Shown piece by piece: positions 1-8,966 of a stretch of 38,848 nucleotides of DNA. This stretch comes from Clostridia bacterium (GTDB lineage Bacteria; Bacillota; Clostridia; Christensenellales; CAG-138): contig JAZNUG010000094.1 of assembly GCA_045592165.1 (NCBI GenBank), positions 1 to 38,848 on the forward strand. The letters are read 5' to 3'. The notes beneath the pieces were generated by a model. It was not told the DNA's origin, searched no databases, and saw only the letters and a list, made by a program, of their open reading frames with translations. Each line of letters begins with the position of its first letter. Within the stretch, counting starts at the first letter, position 1. The translations under genes were made by a program, and so were the position numbers.

Positions 1-79
1 TTGCGCCCATGGGGCATACCTTTACACAGCATCCGCAGGCCACGCACATATCCTGTGCCACAAAGGCCTGTCTTTTCAT
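1..79 (-). CDS. 4Fe-4S ferredoxin-type protein, N-terminal fragment running off the left edge
   Basis: A minus-strand ATG at 79..77 opens MKRQAFVAQDMCVACGCCVKVCPMGA. This contains a CxxCxxCxxxCP 4Fe-4S motif. Only 26 codons are visible. Confidence 0.45.
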   Translation of the reverse strand, partial: MKRQAFVAQDMCVACGCCVKVCPMGA

Positions 80-100
80 CCGCTTTGCCTTTTCCACAAT

Positions 101-149
101 AAAAAACCTCCATTGCTTAATGTACGTAATATACATTAATTAATGGAGG
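101..149 (-). terminator. Intrinsic terminator downstream of the SDR gene
   Basis: In minus sense, the hairpin CCTCCATT...AATGGAGG (with an inner TTAATGTA/TACATTAA pairing) is followed by TTTTTT (plus-strand A-run 101..106). Confidence 0.7.
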
Positions 150-194
150 TCTTCCGTGATATGGTCACAATTTAACGAATAAAGCTGAATTTTT

Positions 195-959
195 CTACTT
201 CTTCCCCTGCTGCTTGCACCAGATATTCATTATCCAGTCCACCGGCAGCAGCTTTACCATGCGTACCTGCATCCGCACAGGGAAGCCCAGAATGGACACC
301 TTCTTTTTCCTGCGGAAGTCCTTCATGGCCTTGTCGATGACCTGCTTTGCGGTGTACCAGCGGTCGTAGTATTTGATGGTATCGTCATGAACGGCACGAT
401 CCATAAACTCGGTCTTGATCCACCCGGGGCATACGCACATTACGAAAATTCCCCTGCTCTTGAGCTCACGGCCGATGGCACGGCTGAAGCTGAGCACATA
501 GGCCTTGGTTGCGCCGTAAACCGACAGATAGGGCACGGGCTGCCAGCTGGAATTTGATCCAAGGTTGATTATGGAATCCCCCTTCTGCATATATGGCAGG
601 CTCAGCAAGCACATGGCGGTCAGCGCCTTGTCGTTCAGGTCGATAATGCCAAGCTGATTGTCCAGCTCCATCTCCTCAAATGTGCCGAACAGGCCATATC
701 CTGCGGCGTTTATCAGCAGATGCACCTGAGGCTTTTCCGCTTCCAGCAGTTCCTTATATGCAGCAAAGCTTGCGCTGTCGCTAAGATCCATGGCGATGGG
801 GCGCACGGGAGTCTTGCACTCTCCCTGCAGTTCTTCAAGCCGCTCCTTACGGCGGGCGATGACCCATATCTCATCCAGCTGAAATTCTCTGTCCACTGCA
901 TATACAAACTCTCTGCCCATACCGGAGGATGCACCGGTAATGACCGCTATCTTTTTCAT
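195..959 (-). CDS. Short-chain dehydrogenase/reductase (SDR family oxidoreductase)
   Basis: 254-aa ORF. The N-terminal Rossmann motif is VITGASSGMG, NAAG is present, and the catalytic YGATK (YxxxK) is present. An AGGAGAG RBS lies 8 nt upstream of the ATG at 959. Confidence 0.9.
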   Translation of the reverse strand: MKKIAVITGASSGMGREFVYAVDREFQLDEIWVIARRKERLEELQGECKTPVRPIAMDLSDSASFAAYKELLEAEKPQVHLLINAAGYGLFGTFEEMELDNQLGIIDLNDKALTAMCLLSLPYMQKGDSIINLGSNSSWQPVPYLSVYGATKAYVLSFSRAIGRELKSRGIFVMCVCPGWIKTEFMDRAVHDDTIKYYDRWYTAKQVIDKAMKDFRRKKKVSILGFPVRMQVRMVKLLPVDWIMNIWCKQQGKK

Positions 960-1138
960 GTAATGTTCTCTCCTGTTTTAATAATGTAAAACAATTTTGC
1001 TGCAGGACAAATGCACAAGGTGCACTCAGCCCCAATGTACAGAATATGACTTGAATTCTAGCTGTATTTAGTCTATCCAATTCAATCCGCAAATGTCAAT
1101 ATCTTACGCCTGTACATCCGGATACGCCTATAACAAAG

Positions 1139-1177
1139 CAAGCATGACCGCATAATGCGGTCATGCTTGTTTTATTT
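1139..1177 (-). terminator. Strong, bidirectional-looking intrinsic terminator after the large surface-protein gene
   Basis: A 13-bp perfect stem, CAAGCATGACCGC / GCGGTCATGCTTG (1139..1169), has T-rich sequence on both sides. Confidence 0.75.
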
Positions 1178-1195
1178 AAGCGTAATGGGATAAAT

Positions 1196-4100
1196 CTATC
1201 CGAAGGTGATGGGAGGCACCTCGTTCTCGCCGCCTGCGCCGAATCCGCCGCCTGCGCTGCCATCAAATATACCGCCGAATGCATCGCTGGTTCTGGCCTT
1301 GATCTTGAAGGATACCGTCTTTGTTCCGCCGAACATGCCCAGTCCCTCAAAGGTAACCTTTGCAGAACCGATGGTTGTGTTCTTCACGTAACTGTTTTCA
1401 ACAACGCGGATATCCTTGCCCAGCTCAAGGGGAATTATTTCCTTGCCAACCTTCATATAAACCTTGCCTTCCACAAACTGGCGCTGATCCACTATGCGGA
1501 TAGGCTTTCCGGTATACTTGTGGTCCATTATCTGTATAGTGGCGCCCTTGATATCATAACCCTTATCCAGTATACGGTATGTACCGGATACAGTGCCCTC
1601 ATAATTGCCGGTGCCAGTTACGGTAATGCGTATCACAGAGCCTGCGGGAACAACAGAACTCTTATTCAGTACGCGGTTTGTGCTGAGCAGCGCACCGTTG
1701 GAATCAGGAATGGCAATAAGGGTGTATACGGCTTCCTTAAGGTATTCCTTGCCGGCAGCAAGCGCCTTGCCGTTTACATCGTATACCTTGAAGGACTGAT
1801 AATAGCCATTGGGCTTGCCGGTTGCCACCTTATCTGCCGCAACGACACTTATACCGCTGTTGTTGTCTATCGTCCTGGGATTGATGATAAAGTTTTCGGT
1901 AATGGTACCGGCAAAGTTGCCCTTGCCCTTTATTACTGCCTGAGGAGGCTTTGCAGCAGCAAAGCTTTCATCGGTATAGACAGCTTTATTGTTCTTGAAG
2001 CTGACGGTGTAATCCACACCCTCTGTCAGCAATTTTCCGTCATTTGCTGCCCAAGCTACACTCAGGGAAGGCACAGTGCCGCCGGCGGTGTATGTGCAGG
2101 AACCGATGTTAACATCAACTGTATCGCCTGAGAGTACAGCCGCATTGATCTTGAAGCTCTGCTTCTTGCTGCCGGTATAACCCTTTTCGGGATTGCCTGT
2201 AAATATTACAGTACCGGTACCCTTTGCAATGTTCTTCTGGTACTCAACTGTGTAATGTATGCCCTCTTCAAGGTCAATACCGGTGGAAGGATCCTTGGCA
2301 TCGGCAAAGTATGCAACAGTCATCCTTGCGCTTCCCTCAAGCTCGGTGGGGCGTATTTCAGCGCCTGTGTAGGCATAGCCTTCCTTAAGGACGTTGTTCA
2401 CTGTTACCTTACTCATGGCAATGCCATTTACCTTGAAGGTTTTTACAACGCTGCCAACGTAAACGATGCCGTCTCCGTCAGCATCTTCCCCTGTACCGGT
2501 GATGATTACGGAAGCTGTGCCGACCACGTCGTTGTTAACGTATTCTACGGTGTAGTCAATACCCTCGTACAGCAGATTCTTGCCGGTGGCCTCATCCTTT
2601 GCCTCGCTCTTATAGCTGAGGGTCAGCTCAGGAACAGCACCGTCTTCAGCCCAGTTTACAGCCTTGATAGAGGCAACGGATACCTTGGACATCAGCACCT
2701 GATCCGCCTTGTTTGCAACGATAAACTGCGCTTTCAGCGTACCGCTGAAATTACCCGCACCGGTAAATGTGACATCATATGAACCGGGAGCGATGCATGC
2801 GCCATGGGTCATGGTGTAGTCAGTCTTAAGCTTGATGGCCTTACCGGTCTGGTTCCAGGTAACCACAGGCTTGGGGGTAAGCGCCTTGCCGGTTTCCGCC
2901 TGAGCGGGAATGGATACTGTAAAGTCATTGCCGTTCAGCTGCACAGGCTTGATGCTGAAGCAGATGTTGATTTTGCCGGAATAGTTGCCCTTCAGGGTGA
3001 CCACGGCATGGGGAGACTTTTTAAGGTTGTTTTCATCGGCAGCAGCAGCGTTCTTATTGTTCTTGTAGGCCACGGTATAATCGGTCTTCTCGACAAGAAG
3101 CTTATTGCCGTCGTACAGGCGGAAAGCAGGGGTCTTTGCAGTTCCGTCATATACGGGGTTTACTATTTTTGTTGCCCAGATGCAATCGGGAATTATGCCG
3201 CCTATGGGCATATCCTCGGGCAGTACATCGCCAACGCCGGTATTCTTTACTTCCACAGTATAGCTAAATTCAGCAGCTTCGCTTATGCCGAATGTATCAA
3301 CCGCGGCAACAGCACGGATTACGGTATCGGTATTTATCTCAATGGGCTCGGCGTAGAGAATCGCCGTATCACCGACAGGCTCGCTGCCATCCACTGTATA
3401 GTAAATGCTTGCACCCTCGCTATCCGTCATCAGGGCCACCTTTGTGCCCTGGGCAACAACTGCGCCGCTCTCGATGCTGGCATAAGGAGCTGCAACGCTG
3501 GAACGCTGCCAGCATGCATACAGCAGAATATCCTCATAGATTCGGGTTTCGGAAGTGAACCTATCGCCCGTGCCCTCAGCGCCGGTAAACCAACCCAGGA
3601 ATTCATAGCCTTCTCTTTCCATAACGGGAAGCTGAACAGCGCTGCCTATATCTATGTACTCTATGCTGTCAATTTCTCCTGCGCCTACGGTATCGAAGGA
3701 TACGGAGACGTACTTGTTCTCCTCCGTTTCCTCGCGCACTTCGCAATAGGCCAATTCTTCGCCAACCCACTTGAATTCTGAATCAAGCCATACAACGCGC
3801 AGCTCTATGCGGGCATACTCATCGTCAGTGCATATCACGCTCTCATTGAAGGGAATATCAAAGCCCAGGAAAGCGGCATCATCTGCATCAACCACAAGGT
3901 TTTTCTCTGCGGGTTCTTGGAATACTACAGTTTCTCCCTTTTTGCCGGTCATATAAACCTGGCATGCATAGACATCCTGTGCGAAAGGATACCAACGGAT
4001 ATCTTCTAACCAATAATAGCCATCGGTCTTTGACATCTTATCAAGGTCGACCTTCATATCAAGGTAGACGGTATTGTCTTCATTGCTGGATACCTTACTG

Positions 4101-5407
4101 GTCTGGACAACGCCGGAGAGAACCCCACCGTTTTCATAATCGTAATATGTATCCACAAGGTCGAAGCGACCGGTATCCGTTACATTTACGGCAGGCTGCT
4201 CCACCTTGGATATGATGCAGTAGCTTTCCTCAACGCCTATGATATTTTCACGGCTGTCCTTCCAATAGAAAGACATATTTACCTTTGTGTCGGTATCATA
4301 CTCGGGCAGGTCATTCACATCCAAAGGTAAGAATATTTCGAGATACCATGTATCCCCTTCAACTTCAACCGTAGGATACTGAATTCCTCTGGCTGTATAC
4401 TCTCCCTTGGTTACTTCATAAGCCAGCTGCCCATCAACCGTCTCGGTATCGGGCATGGCAATACGAATGCCCTCCATCCACAGACCGTCCTGGTACTCTG
4501 TCAGCCAGTCTGTGTACACCTGAACATCCATATATGCGTTGCCTTCATCATCAACGGCAACAGCATATTCCTTGATGCCCTCATTTTCTACATTCTGCAG
4601 AGAAATGCGGTCGGGGTCAGTGATTTTTACAGCTTCAAAATCAGTCCATGTTACGATGCAGTAAGTCTTTTCTTCAAGAATGATTTCGCCGTTGCTGTCT
4701 TTCCAATAGAAAGTCAGATCAACTCTGGTGCTGGAGCCTGCTTCAGGCAGGGCTTTGCTGTAGAATAAAACATCTGCAGCTACACTTCCATCGCTTTCAA
4801 CAGGAAGATCCTCATGCTTCGTCCAGAATCTATTTTCGCTGTCTTCATCGCCTTCCTTTTCCACATCACAGGTAACAGCGCCGATGTCCGGAGCGGTAAC
4901 TTTAACATTATTTATCCAGCAAGTTCCCTCTTCTCCGTACATCATATCCACGTCAAGCTGCGCGTCTATGTATGCATTTCCTTCAGCATCGGTGCGGACA
5001 GCATACCCCACAACAGCGCAATCTGTTATGTATTCAAGGGAAATTCGATTTGTATCAGCAATATAACCTGCCGCTGCATCCGTGACGGGAAGCGTTTGCA
5101 CAGGCACCTCTGCAGGTTCTTCGGATTCCCCCTGTTCCTCCACAGGCTGCTGCGGCAGTTCCTCTTCAGCAGGAATCTCCTCTTCTGTTTGCTCTGTAAC
5201 TTCCTCCTGAGCAGGAACTTCTTCGGACAGAACATCCGGCTCGTCTTCGGAAGGAATATCCTCCACGGGTTCATCTATAATTACTTCTTCAACAGGGTCG
5301 ATATCGGTATCGGCCGCCTGTGCAAAGGCAACACCAACAGGCTGCAGGCAAAGCACAGCCAGCAGCAGCATAGATATTATTCTTTTGATAATGCTGTAAG
5401 ATTTCAC
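1196..5407 (-). CDS. Large secreted multi-repeat surface protein (about 1403 aa)
   Basis: Long ORF. The likely start is the GTG at 5407, with AGGAGG (5414..5419) 6 nt upstream. The signal peptide is KSYSIIKRIISMLLLAVLCLQPVGVAFA. An acidic E/P/Q linker follows, then three unrecognised modules. Next come a Listeria-Bacteroides-type repeat (GYEFLGWF...LYACW) and a GASIYYTVDGSEP motif. About eight repeats of the form DYTV.Y.NN...GTA...GKGN(Y/F).G follow, and the protein ends in a Gly-rich tail. Confidence 0.85.
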   Translation of the reverse strand: MKSYSIIKRIISMLLLAVLCLQPVGVAFAQAADTDIDPVEEVIIDEPVEDIPSEDEPDVLSEEVPAQEEVTEQTEEEIPAEEELPQQPVEEQGESEEPAEVPVQTLPVTDAAAGYIADTNRISLEYITDCAVVGYAVRTDAEGNAYIDAQLDVDMMYGEEGTCWINNVKVTAPDIGAVTCDVEKEGDEDSENRFWTKHEDLPVESDGSVAADVLFYSKALPEAGSSTRVDLTFYWKDSNGEIILEEKTYCIVTWTDFEAVKITDPDRISLQNVENEGIKEYAVAVDDEGNAYMDVQVYTDWLTEYQDGLWMEGIRIAMPDTETVDGQLAYEVTKGEYTARGIQYPTVEVEGDTWYLEIFLPLDVNDLPEYDTDTKVNMSFYWKDSRENIIGVEESYCIISKVEQPAVNVTDTGRFDLVDTYYDYENGGVLSGVVQTSKVSSNEDNTVYLDMKVDLDKMSKTDGYYWLEDIRWYPFAQDVYACQVYMTGKKGETVVFQEPAEKNLVVDADDAAFLGFDIPFNESVICTDDEYARIELRVVWLDSEFKWVGEELAYCEVREETEENKYVSVSFDTVGAGEIDSIEYIDIGSAVQLPVMEREGYEFLGWFTGAEGTGDRFTSETRIYEDILLYACWQRSSVAAPYASIESGAVVAQGTKVALMTDSEGASIYYTVDGSEPVGDTAILYAEPIEINTDTVIRAVAAVDTFGISEAAEFSYTVEVKNTGVGDVLPEDMPIGGIIPDCIWATKIVNPVYDGTAKTPAFRLYDGNKLLVEKTDYTVAYKNNKNAAAADENNLKKSPHAVVTLKGNYSGKINICFSIKPVQLNGNDFTVSIPAQAETGKALTPKPVVTWNQTGKAIKLKTDYTMTHGACIAPGSYDVTFTGAGNFSGTLKAQFIVANKADQVLMSKVSVASIKAVNWAEDGAVPELTLSYKSEAKDEATGKNLLYEGIDYTVEYVNNDVVGTASVIITGTGEDADGDGIVYVGSVVKTFKVNGIAMSKVTVNNVLKEGYAYTGAEIRPTELEGSARMTVAYFADAKDPSTGIDLEEGIHYTVEYQKNIAKGTGTVIFTGNPEKGYTGSKKQSFKINAAVLSGDTVDVNIGSCTYTAGGTVPSLSVAWAANDGKLLTEGVDYTVSFKNNKAVYTDESFAAAKPPQAVIKGKGNFAGTITENFIINPRTIDNNSGISVVAADKVATGKPNGYYQSFKVYDVNGKALAAGKEYLKEAVYTLIAIPDSNGALLSTNRVLNKSSVVPAGSVIRITVTGTGNYEGTVSGTYRILDKGYDIKGATIQIMDHKYTGKPIRIVDQRQFVEGKVYMKVGKEIIPLELGKDIRVVENSYVKNTTIGSAKVTFEGLGMFGGTKTVSFKIKARTSDAFGGIFDGSAGGGFGAGGENEVPPITFG

Positions 5408-5522
5408 GGTATACCTCCTATGAATTCTCATATGTAAATATATCATATCACATTTGTTATTTTCTTTCCACATCATACAATGTATTTCCGGACGAATATT
5501 GATTTTTTTACTGACGGCATAT

Positions 5523-5556
5523 AAAAAGTGCGAAGAAAACAGCTCTTCGCACTTTT
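5523..5556 (-). terminator. Intrinsic terminator after the sortase-anchored protein gene
   Basis: The stem GTGCGAAGA / TCTTCGCAC (5528..5552) is followed in minus sense by TTTTT. Confidence 0.7.
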
Positions 5557-5584
5557 ATCGGAATCTATTTGGTTACGAAAGCAT

Positions 5585-7288
5585 TTATTCCTCGTCCTTG
5601 CGACGCTTGAGCAGGCAGAGAGCTGCAATGCCCATAGCTGCGGCAGGGCTCATAAGGCCTATATCGCCGGTCTTGGGGAAGGACAGGCTGCCATATACCA
5701 CGTTAAGGGTAAAGGTAGGAGTATTTACAGTCTTGCATCCGTTGCTGATTACGCAGCGATACTTATATCCGTCCATCTTAGAGGATACGTCTTTTACGGT
5801 GTAATTGGCACAGGTGGCGCCCTTTATCTTGACAAAGCCGCAGCCGTCACCCTTATCCACATACCACTGGCAGCTGTCGCCGCAGGAAAGAGCAACCTTG
5901 AAGATCACATCCTCGCCGGGACGAACGCTTACGCACTTGCCGGAATGATGATTCATGCCGCAACAGGGCTTGGAATGGGTACTGGAAGTCCTGGTTACCT
6001 TTACGGCAACATCATCCTCGGAAGAGGCCAGCTCTTCTGTGCCGCTGTATACCGCCTTTACGGTATTGTCGCCAACCTTGAACTTGTTTTTGTCAGATGC
6101 GGAAATTTTCCAGGAAATCAGGGGCTTTACATCGACTGCTTTGCCGTAGGCCTCACCGTTTATATAGAGCTGAACGGTTCCCTCGGTAACAGAATTGCCC
6201 TCAGCATCCTTTACGGTTACCTGATAGGTTACGGAAGAGCCGCGAGTAACCTTGCTGCGGGAAGCCTTTATCTTGGTAGTGGTTTCTGCCTTGGCAGGCT
6301 CGGTCTGAGTTTCCTGCTCAAATGCAGCCACGAGATTGCGGTTGGTTGCAGCTTCAAATGTAAGAGCAGCTTCAGTGCTTACCACTGCGCCGTTTTCCTT
6401 CCATGCTACAAACTTGTAGCCCTCGTTTGCCGCTGCAATAAGGGTTACGGAATCGCCATTGTTATAGGTACCGCCGCCGGCAACAAGACCGCCTTCGGAG
6501 GGAGTTGCCACTGCAGTGATGGTGCAGGTTTCCTGCTCCTCCGCCTCAAACTTTGCAACGAGGGTGCGGTTGGTCCTGGCTTCAAAGGTAAAGGAAGCAT
6601 CAGCGCTTACTTCTGCGCCATTTTCCCTCCATGCTACAAACTTGTAGCCCTCATTTGCCGCTGCGGTAACGGTAACAGAAGCACCCTTGCTATATGTGCC
6701 GCCGCCGGTAACAACGCCGCCTTCAGAGGGAGTTGCCGCAACGTCAATAACACACTCTTCCTGCTCGGCGGCTTCAAACTTTGCAAAGAGATTGCGGTCG
6801 CCATCCACAGTGAAGGTGTAGGTGGTTTCGGTGGTCAGAACCGCGCCGTTTTCCTTCCATGCAACAAAGACATAGCCTTCGTTTGCCACCGCGGTAACGG
6901 TTGCCTGTGCATCCTTTTCATAGGTGCCTGCACCGGATACAGAACCGCCCGCCTGAGGAGTAGCCCCTGCAGCAACGGTGAAGGTTACGGGGTCCTGGAT
7001 ATTGTTCTGAAGCTGTTCCCCGCTCTGAGACTGTTTTCCCTCATCGGACTTGTTTTCATCAGACAGCTGCTCACCTTCGGACTGATTTTCCTCGCCGGTC
7101 AGCTGCTCGCCTTCGGACTGGTTTTCCCCGCCGGTCAGCTGGTCACCATCAGGCTGATTTTCGCCGCCGGGCAGATTGTCTCCCATGCCCTGCTCAGAGT
7201 AGTTTTCACCTTCCTGAGCAAAAGCTACGGACGGAAGCAGACTTGTAAGCATAAGCGCACAAATCAGCACAGCAATAAAACGTTTCAT
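5585..7288 (-). CDS. Cell-wall-anchored surface protein with InlB B-repeat-like units, Ig-like domains and an LPXTG-type (FPKTG) sorting signal
   Basis: The ATG at 7288 has GGAGGG 7 nt upstream, and the signal peptide is MKRFIAVLICALMLTSLLPSVAFA. There are three units of the form ANEGY.FVAW.ENGA...F. The C-terminus reads FPKTGD, then a hydrophobic stretch, then KRRKDEE. Confidence 0.85.
   Translation of the reverse strand: MKRFIAVLICALMLTSLLPSVAFAQEGENYSEQGMGDNLPGGENQPDGDQLTGGENQSEGEQLTGEENQSEGEQLSDENKSDEGKQSQSGEQLQNNIQDPVTFTVAAGATPQAGGSVSGAGTYEKDAQATVTAVANEGYVFVAWKENGAVLTTETTYTFTVDGDRNLFAKFEAAEQEECVIDVAATPSEGGVVTGGGTYSKGASVTVTAAANEGYKFVAWRENGAEVSADASFTFEARTNRTLVAKFEAEEQETCTITAVATPSEGGLVAGGGTYNNGDSVTLIAAANEGYKFVAWKENGAVVSTEAALTFEAATNRNLVAAFEQETQTEPAKAETTTKIKASRSKVTRGSSVTYQVTVKDAEGNSVTEGTVQLYINGEAYGKAVDVKPLISWKISASDKNKFKVGDNTVKAVYSGTEELASSEDDVAVKVTRTSSTHSKPCCGMNHHSGKCVSVRPGEDVIFKVALSCGDSCQWYVDKGDGCGFVKIKGATCANYTVKDVSSKMDGYKYRCVISNGCKTVNTPTFTLNVVYGSLSFPKTGDIGLMSPAAAMGIAALCLLKRRKDEE
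6305..6988 (-). repeat. Three in-frame tandem copies of a 228-bp (76-aa) unit inside the surface-protein gene
   Basis: The landmark CCATGC(T/A)ACAAA recurs at 6401, 6629 and 6857, an exact period of 228 bp. The protein units are ATPSEGG..GGGTY...ANEGYKFVAW.ENGA....F.A..NR.LVA.FE. The outer boundaries are approximate. Confidence 0.75.
7067..7174 (-). repeat. Three in-frame tandem copies of a 36-bp (12-aa) unit
   Basis: The units at 7067..7102, 7103..7138 and 7139..7174 encode LPGGENQPDGDQ / LTGGENQSEGEQ / LTGEENQSEGEQ. Confidence 0.85.
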
Positions 7289-7562
7289 TTTGATACCCTC
7301 CAATCATCCTTTGGCTGAAAATCTCACACAAATATTACTCAGCTGTCAGCCATATACACAGCGCATAAGCGTTCATAAGAATGTATGGTACATTTTAGTG
7401 GTTTATCCCGAAAATTTCAAGCAAATTCGGCATTATTTACAAATCCATAAAAAATCGGACATAATTTCATGCTTCAAAGTGCGTTTTTATGCAGATTATC
7501 CGCTTGATCTACGGATTGCCGCCCATAATTCAGCAGCCCGCCATGCTCCGCGCTTATGTTTT

Positions 7563-8966
7563 TCAGGATGTGACACTCTCCGCGTACCACGCATCAAACT
7601 CAGGGGGTATGGCGGTAAAGCGCAGTTTCCAGCCCTTCTCCTCCCTGGATATTACCTTACAGAACAGCTTTGCGCCTATTTCCAGGTGCAGATTGTCATA
7701 TTCCTCTATTGCCACGGCAGTTTCCAGTACGGCCTCCCTGGGGGACAGCGCGGTGATCATGCCCCTGTTTGCTTCAAGGTCGCTGTGCTTGCCCTTGATA
7801 ATATAGAATTCGACCTTTCGGGGAGAATTGAGCGGCCTCAGTTCCTCATTATTCCGCGCCTGACAGGACAGGCCGTATTTACCGCCTATACCCATGACAT
7901 TTGTAAGCACAAGGGGCGCCTTGATACCCTTGGGGAATACCACCAGTTCCTTATCCACGGCAAGGGGTTCACCGATAAGCTCCCTTGTCTGGGGAGATAT
8001 CAATATCTGTCCGCCAACGGTATAGCTTTCGATTCGTCCGCAGAGGTTTGCATTCTTACCAACCACGCCGTACTTCGTGCGCTTTTCCGAGCCGATATTG
8101 CCTATAATCACATCGCCGGTATTTATGCCGATGCCCATTTCCAGTTTTGGGTATCCCCGCTGCAGATTCCATTGGTTTACGGCTTCCATTCTCGCCTGCA
8201 TTTCCACCGCCGCAGCCACCGCCTCAGATGCATGGTTTTCCGAAGGCAGAGGTGCGCCGAATATGGCCACGATGCTGTCTCCCATGAATTCTATTATTGT
8301 GCCGTTTCTCTGCTGTATTATTCCCGTCATATCACCGAAATAATGATTGAGCATGGCCAGCAGGTCATGGGGCTCCATCCTTTCGCTCAGCGCAGTAAAG
8401 CCCCGCAGATCGCTCATAAGTATAGTAATAAACCGCTTCTTTCCGCCCATTTCAAGGCCGTTTGGCGTTTCCAGAAGCTGACGGACTATCTCATCCGAAA
8501 GAAACCGGCCAAAGGTATCGCTGAGCAGGTTATTCCGCATTTCCAGCTTTTTATTCAGGCCGTGGATGTACTCTATGGCCTCTGCAGTATTGCCAAGCTC
8601 CACAATTCCGCTGACATCGCTCAGCGCAGCGATGACTCCCGCCTTTTCCCCATTATCATCCTTGAGATAAGATGTAGACACATACAGCTGCTTGAACTTT
8701 TCTCCGGTAAAATACGGGATTATTCCCCTGTAAGATGGAGCTGTACCAAACACTGCATCCAGCATGGTTTGATTAAATGACGCATTGCCCTCAAAACAGA
8801 ATGAACAGCGGGCGAAGCTTTGCCCTATGAGCTCCTGCTCCCCCCTTCCCAGTATGCGGGCCGCCGCAGGATTGGCATAGGTAATGGCACCATCAAAGTC
8901 GATGATGATTATGCCCTGGGCCATATCCCGCATTATGCTTTCATGGGTCAGTTTTGTGGTGCTCAT
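7563..8966 (-). CDS. PAS-domain class III nucleotidyl cyclase with an extra C-terminal beta-rich domain
   Basis: The ATG at 8966 overlaps the upstream stop as ATGA. The PAS-like N-terminus reads IIIDFDGAITYANPAAARILG. The cyclase homology domain contains ILMSDLRGFT, FMGDSIVAIFGAP, IGINTGDVIIGNIGS and GKNANLCGRIES. A tail of about 120 aa remains unassigned and may be a degenerate PilZ-like domain. Confidence 0.85.
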   Translation of the reverse strand: MSTTKLTHESIMRDMAQGIIIIDFDGAITYANPAAARILGRGEQELIGQSFARCSFCFEGNASFNQTMLDAVFGTAPSYRGIIPYFTGEKFKQLYVSTSYLKDDNGEKAGVIAALSDVSGIVELGNTAEAIEYIHGLNKKLEMRNNLLSDTFGRFLSDEIVRQLLETPNGLEMGGKKRFITILMSDLRGFTALSERMEPHDLLAMLNHYFGDMTGIIQQRNGTIIEFMGDSIVAIFGAPLPSENHASEAVAAAVEMQARMEAVNQWNLQRGYPKLEMGIGINTGDVIIGNIGSEKRTKYGVVGKNANLCGRIESYTVGGQILISPQTRELIGEPLAVDKELVVFPKGIKAPLVLTNVMGIGGKYGLSCQARNNEELRPLNSPRKVEFYIIKGKHSDLEANRGMITALSPREAVLETAVAIEEYDNLHLEIGAKLFCKVISREEKGWKLRFTAIPPEFDAWYAESVTS

